Of a stretch of 54,915 bases of DNA, positions 20,771 to 29,869 are shown one piece after another. Each line of letters opens with the position of its first letter. The first letter of the stretch is position 1. Below the pieces are notes generated by a model that had not been told where the DNA came from, did not search any database, and saw only the letters and a program-made list of their open reading frames with translations. Location of the stretch: positions 1-54,915 of IMG/VR virus record IMGVR_UViG_3300033485_000015, one strand, 5' to 3'. A program made the translations under genes and the position numbers. This DNA comes from a virus. Lineage: Duplodnaviria > Caudoviricetes.

Positions 20771-22003
20771 ATGACTGATTCACCTCATTTAGGCCTGACC
20801 CTTCTTGCCGCGTCACAGGCACAAAAAGAAGTAACACTTAATGAAGCCTTAGTGGCTCTTGACGCTATTATAGGTAGTGGTGCCATTGACCGTGATTTAA
20901 ACACACCACCAGGCAGTCCTTCTAATGGTGATTTATATATCATAGGCGCAGTACCAACGGGCACTTGGGCAACAAATGGCAGTGCTTACGACCTCGCGTA
21001 TTATTACAACGGTTGGAAATATATTACACCTTCGGAAGGTTTAACTGTATGGGTGAAGGACGAGGATAAATTTTATACATGGAATGGCTCCGCTTGGGCT
21101 GCGGAGGGTTCTGGCTCTGATACTTTTGATCTCGAGCGGAATTCGAACGATGCTGTAGGCCCGATATTAACATTAAAGAAATCCCGTGGGACACGAGCCG
21201 AGCCTATTAGTGTGGCCGACGAAGATGTTGTTGGCGAAATTGATGTAGAGGCGAATGATGCAGGTTATTATTCTGTCGTGGCTAGGTACAGGTGGTTTGC
21301 TGATGGGAGTTTCCTGTCCGGAGCAGTGCCAACACGCCTAGAATACTACCAGCACACTTCAGAACATATCGTAAAGATTTATGAAATAGCAAATACTGGT
21401 TACACCAGTTATCAGTTCGGTGTAGGTATCGGTGGGGCGACCGCTGATTCCACCAATAAATTGAGCGTGAACTCTCCTGCTGTACTCTTTAACCGTGGTA
21501 CGGACAGCATCAACGTCAAACTCAATAAGGAAGCCGCAGCGAATACAGCGAGCTTCATGTTCCAAACCAACTTTGTTACTAAATTTGAATTTGGCTTGCT
21601 GAGTGATGATAACCTCACCTTTAAGGCAGGTTCAACTGAGGCTCTTACGATTAACCAAACAAATGCAACAGTAACGGTTAAGAAAGCTTTCTCTTTAGGA
21701 GGAGCACAGTCAGTAACTATTGCTTCGGGTGTGATAACCGTTGCCGGGTCAAATTATAAAGTTGATACCCAGGCCGCCGCTGCAAGCGACGATTTAGACA
21801 CTATCAACGGGGGTACGGAGGAAGGGCAATTATTGATCCTACAAGCGGCAAATGACGCAAGAACAGTCGTGGTTAAACATGGCACTGGAAATATTAAACT
21901 CAATGGATCAGCGGACTTTAGCCTTGATGCTTACGGCGATACAATCACCTTATACTGGGATGGGTTTAACTGGCTGCAAATAGCCGCATCAAATAACGGG
22001 TAG
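20771..22003 (+). CDS. Tail fibre / receptor-binding protein (DUF2793)
   Basis: L...QAQKEVT.NEAL..LD, TPP.SP..GD.YI, ATAD.TNKLSV.SPAVLFN. Confidence 0.85.
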   Translation: MTDSPHLGLTLLAASQAQKEVTLNEALVALDAIIGSGAIDRDLNTPPGSPSNGDLYIIGAVPTGTWATNGSAYDLAYYYNGWKYITPSEGLTVWVKDEDKFYTWNGSAWAAEGSGSDTFDLERNSNDAVGPILTLKKSRGTRAEPISVADEDVVGEIDVEANDAGYYSVVARYRWFADGSFLSGAVPTRLEYYQHTSEHIVKIYEIANTGYTSYQFGVGIGGATADSTNKLSVNSPAVLFNRGTDSINVKLNKEAAANTASFMFQTNFVTKFEFGLLSDDNLTFKAGSTEALTINQTNATVTVKKAFSLGGAQSVTIASGVITVAGSNYKVDTQAAAASDDLDTINGGTEEGQLLILQAANDARTVVVKHGTGNIKLNGSADFSLDAYGDTITLYWDGFNWLQIAASNNG

Positions 22004-22008
22004 GCACA

Positions 22009-22230
22009 ATGGAACAGACATTATTGAATGGCCTTATCTCAGATCAAGACATTGTTCGCTTACTTCTGCTATTAGGTATAGTAGCAGTGGCGCGTTTGTA
22101 TATGATGGAGAGAGGCGAACGGCGCGACGCTTGGAATGCCTACAATACGTTGGCTGCTAGTACGAATGAGGTGTTGAATAAACTGGGTTTAACTCTGGAG
22201 GGGCTAAAGGAGAGAATCCGTCATGATTAG
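22009..22230 (+). CDS. Small single-TM protein, holin candidate
   Basis: Hydrophobic IVRLLLLLGIVAVA followed by a coiled C-terminus. Confidence 0.45.
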   Translation: MEQTLLNGLISDQDIVRLLLLLGIVAVARLYMMERGERRDAWNAYNTLAASTNEVLNKLGLTLEGLKERIRHD

Positions 22231-22411
22231 TTATACGAAGAATGATGAGTTAAACATTTGTTTACAACAAAATCTCAGTCGCGTTAACCGGATGCTGTGT
22301 GAAATTATTTCGCAAGTGTCCTCACGAGAGAAGAGTGAAGCAAGTCTAGTTAAAGACACTAAGAAGAGTCCTACCCAGAAAAGAGCACCACGTAAGAAGA
22401 AGGTTCAGTGA
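22223..22411 (+). CDS. Hypothetical protein with basic tail
   Basis: Overlaps the upstream stop; GGAG RBS. Confidence 0.5.
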   Translation: MISYTKNDELNICLQQNLSRVNRMLCEIISQVSSREKSEASLVKDTKKSPTQKRAPRKKKVQ

Positions 22412-22415
22412 TTAT

Positions 22416-22772
22416 ATGGCAACACCTGACACAAACGACATTGTTATTTATAGGGGGGACACAACCTCCCTGGTCTTCACGTATGAGGATGTAAATGGTG
22501 ATCCTATAGACGTAACTGGATATAGTGCAAAGTTTCAGGCAAGAAAAGATACTGACGCAAGCACGGCAGATATTGACCTCAGCTCTGCGGGCGGGACAAT
22601 TACTGTTGGTACCACGAATGGTCTTTTCACGGTGAGTATATCTGCCACGATTACAGCCGCTCTTGATTCGGATGACTACGATTACGACCTACAGGTTACT
22701 GATGGTTCGTCAAATATACGAACGATCAGTAGAGGAACCATAACCTTACTTAAGGATGTAACAAGAACATGA
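22416..22772 (+). CDS. BppU-N-like baseplate/adaptor protein
   Basis: I.RGDT, G.PIDVTGY.AKFQ.R, YDYDLQV...G. Confidence 0.65.
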   Translation: MATPDTNDIVIYRGDTTSLVFTYEDVNGDPIDVTGYSAKFQARKDTDASTADIDLSSAGGTITVGTTNGLFTVSISATITAALDSDDYDYDLQVTDGSSNIRTISRGTITLLKDVTRT

Positions 22773-22966
22773 CGGATTACACTTGCGTCAAAAACCTTGA
22801 TACGTTCACGGCGGTTAAGAACCTCGATACGTTCACGGCGGTTAAGAATCTCGATACCTTTACTTGCGCAGCGGATTTCGTTAGGTCTGTATCTGATTAT
22901 CCCGACGGCGCGTTATGGTTTAATTATGAACAAGCTGGCGGTCACATTGTAACAATAGGAGCTTAA
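22769..22966 (+). CDS. Small protein with a 3x VKNLDTFT(A/C) repeat
   Basis: ATGA overlap with upstream gene; internal repeat. Confidence 0.55.
   Translation: MTDYTCVKNLDTFTAVKNLDTFTAVKNLDTFTCAADFVRSVSDYPDGALWFNYEQAGGHIVTIGA
22787..22867 (+). repeat. 27-bp tandem repeat, 3 copies
   Basis: GTYAARAAYCTYGATACSTTYACN.. repeated three times, in frame. Confidence 0.9.
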
Positions 22967-22969
22967 AAC

Positions 22970-23560
22970 ATGGCCAATAATATAACAGTCAAAGACGCAT
23001 CCGGCGCAAGTGTCGTACTTAAAACAACAGATAATGCTGGTGTAGAGACGCCTCATCATAACGTGGATGCTTTGCCTGGGACAGTCGAATCTGACATAGC
23101 CGCGATAAAAACTGCGGTAGAGCTTCTCGATAACGCTATCTCAGGATCGGAAATGCAGGTGGATGTTGTAACCCAACCCGCCTTAGCGCGTACAACTGAC
23201 GCTGTTGCCGTAGCGACCCAAACAGATGCTATCATGAATGGCGCAACAGCATTAACGCCGAAATTCGCGGTTATTTCAGCATCGTCGAGCGGGGATAATA
23301 CCATAGTTGCGGCTGTTACAAGTAAGAAAATACGTGTACTCGGATATGTTATAGTTGCCGCTGGCACCGTGGGAGTCACTTGGAAAAGTGGTACGGGCGG
23401 CACTGCCTTAAGTGGATTAATGTCTCTGACGGCGAATACAGGTATAGCAGCGGCATATTGTCCAGTGGGATTGCTTGAAACTGGCTCTGGTGTGCTTTTG
23501 AATCTGACCTTGGATGCCGCAGTTGCCGTGACGGGGCACCTTGTTTATATTGAGGTATAG
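22970..23560 (+). CDS. Putative virion/fibre protein
   Basis: Ala/Thr/Val-rich beta protein in the late operon; AGGAG RBS. Confidence 0.55.
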   Translation: MANNITVKDASGASVVLKTTDNAGVETPHHNVDALPGTVESDIAAIKTAVELLDNAISGSEMQVDVVTQPALARTTDAVAVATQTDAIMNGATALTPKFAVISASSSGDNTIVAAVTSKKIRVLGYVIVAAGTVGVTWKSGTGGTALSGLMSLTANTGIAAAYCPVGLLETGSGVLLNLTLDAAVAVTGHLVYIEV

Positions 23561-23563
23561 TTA

Positions 23564-24628
23564 ATGGGTGTTCTTGGTCTACTTGGTGTTGGAGGGTCTA
23601 GCTTCTTCGTGCAATCTGTACAAGAAGTGGAGATCACATTTAGCGCGGGATCGACTACAGGAACAGGAACCATCACTTCTGTTGATACAACGCGCAGCAT
23701 AGTCCTGCTCAATGGGTGGCGGTCGGCAACCAATACTGATCTGACACAGCTTCTTTGTCATCTACAGCTTACCAACGCAACGACGGTCACTGCCACACGA
23801 AATACAGGAACGAGTGCCTCGATTGTCCGCGCTACGGTGATCCAGTTTAAGGCTTCGGCGGTTAGTAGTGTTCAACAAGGAACCATTAGTCTAGGCACTA
23901 CAACGAGTGCTACGGCAACGATTACGTCTGTTGATACTGCGCGATCGGTGGCCATCTTCCTAGGGACGCTTGAGAACCACACAGCGGCTTCAGATAGGGC
24001 GTTCTGCGCTATAACATTAACAAACGCAACGACAGTAACCGCCAACCGTCAGGATGCTTTCACCAACACAGCAACAGTGGGGTATGTCGTTATCGAATTC
24101 GCTTCTGGTATTGTGAGCTCTATTGAACAAGTGAGCATCACTATTGCGGCGGGGGCAACGAGCAATACAGCAACGATCACTTCAGTTGATACTACCCGAA
24201 GTGTTCTGTTCTTTGGCGGGAATACACTCCCCGACGCCCAGAACGCGGCAATAAGCTGCCTGAGTGTGGTATTAACAAATAGTACCACAGTCACTGCTAC
24301 TAGGAACACATCGCACGCCACAACAACGGGAACGCTCAAATGCACAGTAGTTCAATTCGCAGCGGGTCGTATCGCCAGCATACAGCGAGGAACCAGTACA
24401 ATTTCAGCATCCACAGGAAGTACTGATACAACAATAAATAAGGTGACTACATCCAGAGCATGGGCTAATTATCTGGGTTTTACTACTACGTCCACGTCGA
24501 TTTTTGATGAGAATGACGTGTTTCCCACCTTATCGCTGTTGTCGTCCACGAGTCTCCGTATACAAAGAGGTAACACATCAGGGAGTCCGACTATTACTGT
24601 GTCTTATGAAATTGTGGAGTTTAGATAA
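23564..24628 (+). CDS. Thr/Ser-rich virion protein with four ~85-aa repeats
   Basis: Repeats of (V/I)Q..I..G.T..TATITSVDT.RS...LTN.TTVTA.R...V(I/V)(Q/E)F. Confidence 0.7.
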   Translation: MGVLGLLGVGGSSFFVQSVQEVEITFSAGSTTGTGTITSVDTTRSIVLLNGWRSATNTDLTQLLCHLQLTNATTVTATRNTGTSASIVRATVIQFKASAVSSVQQGTISLGTTTSATATITSVDTARSVAIFLGTLENHTAASDRAFCAITLTNATTVTANRQDAFTNTATVGYVVIEFASGIVSSIEQVSITIAAGATSNTATITSVDTTRSVLFFGGNTLPDAQNAAISCLSVVLTNSTTVTATRNTSHATTTGTLKCTVVQFAAGRIASIQRGTSTISASTGSTDTTINKVTTSRAWANYLGFTTTSTSIFDENDVFPTLSLLSSTSLRIQRGNTSGSPTITVSYEIVEFR

Positions 24629-24630
24629 AT

Positions 24631-25074
24631 ATGTTCGGTTTTAATTGGGTGAATGTAGCTATCGGTGCTATCGGTGCTTTCTTCGTGTCTTTTCTTATTG
24701 GAGCTTTGATTCTTCATTTTAAGGAAGCATCATGGGAGCACAAGTATTCCGCATTGCGGAATGATATGATAGAGGAATGCAATAAGAATAAACGGATTAC
24801 AGAGGATAATACCCATGAATACCAAAACGATCTTAATACTCTTGACAATCAATTTGATGATCTTAAGCGGATGTACGAGGGAGAGGCCACTTTGCCAGCT
24901 ACCAGCGAGGCCGCAATCCGCCCTGAAGCACCCGTCCAACAAAAACATGTTATCAGAAATGAGCAAGATACTGTCAGGCTCCTCTCTTACGGAAAAGAAT
25001 GTGAAGAGTACAGATTACAAGTGATATCTTTGCAGAAGTTCATCAACACAGTATGGGAACAGAACAAGAACTAG
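24631..25074 (+). CDS. Inner-membrane spanin (Rz-like)
   Basis: N-terminal TM helix then periplasmic coiled-coil; contains an embedded lipoprotein ORF. Confidence 0.72.
   Translation: MFGFNWVNVAIGAIGAFFVSFLIGALILHFKEASWEHKYSALRNDMIEECNKNKRITEDNTHEYQNDLNTLDNQFDDLKRMYEGEATLPATSEAAIRPEAPVQQKHVIRNEQDTVRLLSYGKECEEYRLQVISLQKFINTVWEQNKN
24815..25024 (+). CDS. Outer-membrane spanin lipoprotein (Rz1-like), embedded in the +1 frame
   Basis: MNTKTILILLTINLMILSG|C lipobox; GAGG upstream; lies wholly inside the Rz-like gene. Confidence 0.72.
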   Translation: MNTKTILILLTINLMILSGCTRERPLCQLPARPQSALKHPSNKNMLSEMSKILSGSSLTEKNVKSTDYK

Positions 25075-25256
25075 TTCTGTTGTATCTGCTTCAACATAAT
25101 ACACATCTTAAATAACGTCCTGACATGCGCAGGAATTCTTTGCCTTTCGTGCAGATAATTGCAGATGGTTTGTTCCGTCTTTCCGAGAAACTTTGCTGTT
25201 GTGATATTATCCCAATTCAGGATTTGCATGTATTCTTTGAATTCGAGTGGTGTCAT
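25071..25256 (-). CDS. Small HTH transcriptional regulator
   Basis: MTPLEFKEY..L.W....AKFLGKTEQTI.NY.....IP pattern. Confidence 0.7.
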   Translation of the reverse strand: MTPLEFKEYMQILNWDNITTAKFLGKTEQTICNYLHERQRIPAHVRTLFKMCIMLKQIQQN

Positions 25257-25280
25257 AATGTACCTATTTATATAAACAGC

Positions 25281-25438
25281 TTATAACCTAGCACAATTTG
25301 CACATATATAGAAGAAATATTTTTTCGTTGTAGACGATTGTAAAAAGTAGTGATGTGTGTGATGGTAGTGATATTGTGTATAATATACAATGGCTTGCAC
25401 CTACCACTACTTTTTCTTCAAGTGATGGGGTGGTAGGT
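25281..25438. repeat. Copy 1 of a duplicated ~160-bp non-coding element
   Basis: Collinear with 53273..53431; 30-bp identical core at 25399-25428. Confidence 0.9.
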
Positions 25439-25468
25439 TTGTGTTAAGAAGATAATGTATTTTTCCTA

Positions 25469-25497
25469 TTGACATAGACACAGCTGCTTAGTATAAA
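25469..25497 (+). promoter_or_regulatory. Sigma70-like promoter for the replication operon
   Basis: TTGACA-17 bp-TATAAA. Confidence 0.7.
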
Positions 25498-25533
25498 TAG
25501 CTTATACTAAACGAAACTAGATTTAGGAAAGAT

Positions 25534-26997
25534 ATGGATTTCTCATTTTTTACAAAACCTTACCCTCACCAAGAGCAGGTGTTCCACCAAACGAAGGAGC
25601 AACCTGTTTTTGCCTTCACGTGGGAGATGGGGTTGGGGAAAACTAAAATTGCGCTAGATACTTTAGCTTATCTTTACGGTACAGGGCGTATTGAGAAAGC
25701 GTTAGTAATCACTCTTAACGGGGTTCATAGGAACTGGGTGAATAAAGAGATTCCGACACATTTGAATCCCGAATTAAAATACAAAGCAAAATATTGGCGA
25801 TCATCCGCTGGGATGAAGGATTTTGTTGATCATGCCAAGCATGAAGGTCTCTTCATTGCAACGATTAATGTGGAGGCACTTAGTACAAAGAAGGGAGAAG
25901 AGTTCCTCTCGGCGTTTGTTGATGATAAGTGTGCTGTTATTGTCGATGAAAGTCATGCTTTCAAGAATCCTAAGGCGCAAAGGACAAAGACGCTTCTGAA
26001 ATTAGCGTCACGGGTACGAATCAAGAGAATTATGACAGGGACTCCTGTTACAAAGAGTCCCCTCGATATTTATTGTCAATATTATTTCTTAGATAAGAAT
26101 ATCTTGAAAGAACCTTCTTATTACGGTTTCCGAAATAAATATGCGCTCCTGCGTGCTCTTCCTTCGAATCCTAGAGTAAAGATTGAGTGTGGATATAGGA
26201 ACCTCGAGGAATTAAAACGCCTGACGGCACCCTATACTTCGCGCCTCACAAAGGAGCAATGCCTTGACTTACCTAAGAAGATATATCGTAGGCAGAGCTT
26301 CCTCATGACGGAGGAGCAGGAGAAAATATACAAAGCAGTTGCTAAACGTATCGTGCTTGAATTATCATCGAAGGACGGTGTAGCCAGTACGATCAGTCCG
26401 CAATTAGCTATTGTACGAATGCTCCGTTTACACCAGATTTCTTGTGGCTTTGTTGTGAGCGAGGGAGCCGACGGAAAGCGCGAGGAACAATATCTTTTCA
26501 CTCCAGAGAAGAATCCTAGAATCATGGCTCTGCTTGATATCTTGGAACAAGTAGAGGGGAGGGTTATTATATGGACAACTTACACAAATTCGCTCCGTGA
26601 GATTGTGTCGCTTCTTGCTTCCATGTATGGAGAAAAGAGTGTGGCGGGTTACTCAGGCGAGACGCCACAAGAGAAACGAATGGATATTGTCACAAGATTT
26701 CAGGATGCCAATTCCGGTTTACGATTCTTCGTTGGGCAACCTAAAGCGGGTGGGACTGGTATCACATTAACGGCGGCGTCGCATGTGGTATACTATTCGA
26801 ATGATTATGATCTTGTGACAAGGTTACAATCCGAGGATAGGGCGCACCGGATAGGGCAAGAAAAACCTGTGGTGTACCACGATATTGAATGCCTAGACAC
26901 GATTGACTCTGTGATTGTGGATGCGCTTGTCAGTAAGCGAGAAATTGCCTCAGTGATCACTGGGGATAAATTAGTAGAATGGATAACTAAGGAGTAA
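25534..26997 (+). CDS. SNF2-family (SF2) helicase
   Basis: EMGLGKT, IVDESH, MTGTP, GITLT, QSEDRAHRIGQ. Confidence 0.93.
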   Translation: MDFSFFTKPYPHQEQVFHQTKEQPVFAFTWEMGLGKTKIALDTLAYLYGTGRIEKALVITLNGVHRNWVNKEIPTHLNPELKYKAKYWRSSAGMKDFVDHAKHEGLFIATINVEALSTKKGEEFLSAFVDDKCAVIVDESHAFKNPKAQRTKTLLKLASRVRIKRIMTGTPVTKSPLDIYCQYYFLDKNILKEPSYYGFRNKYALLRALPSNPRVKIECGYRNLEELKRLTAPYTSRLTKEQCLDLPKKIYRRQSFLMTEEQEKIYKAVAKRIVLELSSKDGVASTISPQLAIVRMLRLHQISCGFVVSEGADGKREEQYLFTPEKNPRIMALLDILEQVEGRVIIWTTYTNSLREIVSLLASMYGEKSVAGYSGETPQEKRMDIVTRFQDANSGLRFFVGQPKAGGTGITLTAASHVVYYSNDYDLVTRLQSEDRAHRIGQEKPVVYHDIECLDTIDSVIVDALVSKREIASVITGDKLVEWITKE

Positions 26998-27000
26998 TAT

Positions 27001-27549
27001 ATGTTTGACTTTGATAAAGACGTAGCTACGGCTGCGAATAATTCGGCACCTATGGCTATAATTGGAACGTTGGTAAAGTTACAGGTTGAACTTGAACAAG
27101 AGGTGGAGGAGGCGGAAGCGCACCTGAAACAATTAAAGGAGCGTTTACGCAATGTGCAAGAACGTGAGCTGCCTGATGCTATGATGTCTTGTAATTGTAC
27201 GTCATTTGCAACGAATACTGGACAGACGGTGACTATAAAGGACGATCTTAGCATTAGTGTCCCGAAGGACGCTGAGAAGAGATCACGCATGATGGGTTGG
27301 TTGCGTGAGCACGGTTACGAGAATGTAATCAAGGCTGATGTGAGAATCCCTTTTGTGAAAGGTGAGCAAGAAAAATTAGAATCTTTGGTGGATTTGTTGA
27401 GTGAGAATGGCTTTCAATATGAACAGGAAGATGTTGTTGCTCCGCAGACACTGAAAAAGATACTCCGCGAGGAGTTAGAGAAGGGGTCAGATATTACACT
27501 ATCTGATTTCGGCGCGTACCAATGGCGTAAAACCATTATTAACCAATAG
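27001..27549 (+). CDS. Conserved phage replication-module protein
   Basis: ELPDAM, WLREHG..NVIK, VAPQTLK pattern seen upstream of SSB-like genes in similar modules. Confidence 0.6.
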   Translation: MFDFDKDVATAANNSAPMAIIGTLVKLQVELEQEVEEAEAHLKQLKERLRNVQERELPDAMMSCNCTSFATNTGQTVTIKDDLSISVPKDAEKRSRMMGWLREHGYENVIKADVRIPFVKGEQEKLESLVDLLSENGFQYEQEDVVAPQTLKKILREELEKGSDITLSDFGAYQWRKTIINQ

Positions 27550-27563
27550 ATAGGAGCAATCTT

Positions 27564-28370
27564 ATGTCAGATAATGAATTGATGACAACTAAAACTAACC
27601 TACCCGCAGTGTTGAGCTTTGAATCTGATACTGCGCTCGATGATACACGTTTCGACCAAGATGATTTGAAGTTACCGTTTCTTTATATCATCCAGTCGAG
27701 TTCACCCCAGTTGAAGGACACCGATCCTAAATACATCCCTGACGCAAAACAGGGGGAAATCTTGAACACGGTCACGAATACCCGTTATAGCCGGAAAGAC
27801 GGTGTCACCGTAATTCCTGTTAAGTACGAACGTTTGTTCGTGGAATGGCGAGACAAAATCCCTGTAGCTACTTACAGCGATAGTGTTTACCATGACACTA
27901 TCCGCACGGTTCGTTCGGCGGATGCGCAGGGAAGATTGCACAATATTATTACAGAGGATAGCCAGCAAGGAACCCCTGGTAATGAGATTGTGGAAACAAG
28001 ACAATTTATCTGTTTGGTTGTGGATAAGGCAACAGGCGATACCACTCCTGCGGTGCTTCCTATGTCATCGACCCAGATTAAATATGCTAAAATCTGGACA
28101 ACTCGTTTGTCCGCTCTACGCGAGACTTTCCCTTCAGGTGTAAGGAAGCAACCCGCTATTTTCCAAACTGTATGGCGTTTAACTACGGTTAGCGAACAGA
28201 ATGAAAAGGGGACATGGTTTAGCTGGAATATTAATTATGAAGGCCCTATTTGGTCTGCACTAACACCAGAGGTTCAAGGAATTGTATATCCTGAGGCTGT
28301 GCGTTTGTGTGAATCCCTTAAGGGAACAAAAGTTAATACCACAGAAACAACTGATGACATGCCATTCTAA
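27564..28370 (+). CDS. Putative ssDNA-binding protein
   Basis: DDLKLPFL..Q..SPQ, NEKGTWF; acidic DDMPF C-terminus. Confidence 0.7.
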   Translation: MSDNELMTTKTNLPAVLSFESDTALDDTRFDQDDLKLPFLYIIQSSSPQLKDTDPKYIPDAKQGEILNTVTNTRYSRKDGVTVIPVKYERLFVEWRDKIPVATYSDSVYHDTIRTVRSADAQGRLHNIITEDSQQGTPGNEIVETRQFICLVVDKATGDTTPAVLPMSSTQIKYAKIWTTRLSALRETFPSGVRKQPAIFQTVWRLTTVSEQNEKGTWFSWNINYEGPIWSALTPEVQGIVYPEAVRLCESLKGTKVNTTETTDDMPF

Positions 28371-29869
28371 TGACAAAATCATTTAGTGATCTTTTCAGGG
28401 GATATTCTGCTAAATATGGTGTATACCATATAAGCAACGACCCCGACTCGGTTAAGCAGAAAGGGAGGGCTATCACAGTAGATGGCCCTCTCACCGAGGA
28501 AATATGGAAACGTCATTTAGACGGAGTCTCCCCAGGAATTGGTATTGTTCCTTTAGATGAAAGTAACACATGCAGTTTTGCCGCGATAGATATTGACGTC
28601 TACAAGGGACTCGATTATCGGAAGATTGAAAATGACTGCAAAAACCTTCCTGTGATTTTATGTAAAAGTAAATCGGGTGGGGTACATATTTACATGTTCT
28701 TCGAAAAACCCGTGAAGGCACAATTAGCCCAAGGGCGAATGAGTGAGATAGCGGCGGCTTTGGGTTTTGGTAAGGCGGAGATATTCCCAAAACAAACTAA
28801 GCGTATTAAGGACGAAGTAGGAAATTGGATCAACCTGCCGTACTTCGGGGCATCAAGGAAAGCTTTTTACCAAGGAAGTGATCTTGATTTGGAGGAATTC
28901 CTTGCTCTTGCTAATCGTAGGTTAGTGACCGAGGAATGGTTGGCTAGTTTCAAGTTAATGCGCGATGGTGCACAGGGCGAAGATTACTTGGACGGCCCTA
29001 TCTGCTTGCAGAATATTGTGACGCGTGGAATACCGGAGGGCACCAGAAATCATGTCGTTTTCACAGCGGGTATTTACTTCAAGCGGAAATACGGATCATT
29101 CAATTTCGAAGAGAAAGTAATAGAATTTAATCAGAAACATTGTGCCGAACCACTACGTAATCAGGAGGTACAAACCATTATATCTTCTGTTAAGAAGAAG
29201 GATTATGGATACGAATGCAATAAGGAACCACTTTGCCAGTTCTGTGATAAATACGCCTGTCGGAAGCGTGAATTTGGAATAGGTAAGAATAACGACGGTG
29301 GTATGAATGTTATATTGTCTAATCTTGTTAAGATAAAGACTGAACCGCCTATGTGGCGCGTTGATTTGTTTAATGGCGTAGACACGTCAACTGTAACACT
29401 GGACACGATTGACGACTTATTGAATTTAAGGAAATTTCGTATTCTGGCATTGGAGCGAACCCATGCGGTTATTCCAATGACAAAACAGAATAAGTGGGAT
29501 GAAACAATCAGTGACTTGATGGGTACTCTGACTGAAGAGGATGCGCCTAGGGATGCGTCCGAGAGAGGACAACTACTTAATCACCTTATGGACTTCATCA
29601 CGGAGAACGAGAATATAGACCCCGATGCTAGGGACTGTGTGATCCGTAATCAGGTGTGGTTGCACGATGGAATGTATTATTTCCGATCCGGTGTGTTCCA
29701 GAACTTCCTACAACAACAAGGGGTCAAGATAAAGCAGCGCAATGTGTGGTCACATCTAAGAGAAATAGGGATGATTAATACACAGTTAGGAGTAGGGAGT
29801 GATAGGACGGTTCGTACGTGGGGTATTTCGAAAACAGAACTATATAGGGTATGGGAAACAGATGAATAG
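28370..29869 (+). CDS. AEP-type primase with PriCT-like domain
   Basis: AAIDID, SKSGGVHIY, EIFPKQ, GNWINLPYF, EGTRN. Confidence 0.85.
   Translation: MTKSFSDLFRGYSAKYGVYHISNDPDSVKQKGRAITVDGPLTEEIWKRHLDGVSPGIGIVPLDESNTCSFAAIDIDVYKGLDYRKIENDCKNLPVILCKSKSGGVHIYMFFEKPVKAQLAQGRMSEIAAALGFGKAEIFPKQTKRIKDEVGNWINLPYFGASRKAFYQGSDLDLEEFLALANRRLVTEEWLASFKLMRDGAQGEDYLDGPICLQNIVTRGIPEGTRNHVVFTAGIYFKRKYGSFNFEEKVIEFNQKHCAEPLRNQEVQTIISSVKKKDYGYECNKEPLCQFCDKYACRKREFGIGKNNDGGMNVILSNLVKIKTEPPMWRVDLFNGVDTSTVTLDTIDDLLNLRKFRILALERTHAVIPMTKQNKWDETISDLMGTLTEEDAPRDASERGQLLNHLMDFITENENIDPDARDCVIRNQVWLHDGMYYFRSGVFQNFLQQQGVKIKQRNVWSHLREIGMINTQLGVGSDRTVRTWGISKTELYRVWETDE

Noticed and set aside
22787-22867. Possible CRISPR mini-array
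   Set aside because: Repeats are contiguous with no spacers, in frame and synonymously diverged; no cas genes.
20771-24628. Diversity-generating retroelement acting on tail fibres
   Set aside because: No reverse transcriptase and no adenine-variant TR/VR pair was seen.
498-24966. Numerous minus-strand and alternate-frame ORFs in the track across the structural region (e.g. 13470..14273, 10386..10949, 12150..12623)
   Set aside because: They are shadows of well-supported + strand genes with no recognisable motifs; only the lipobox ORF 24815..25024 was kept.
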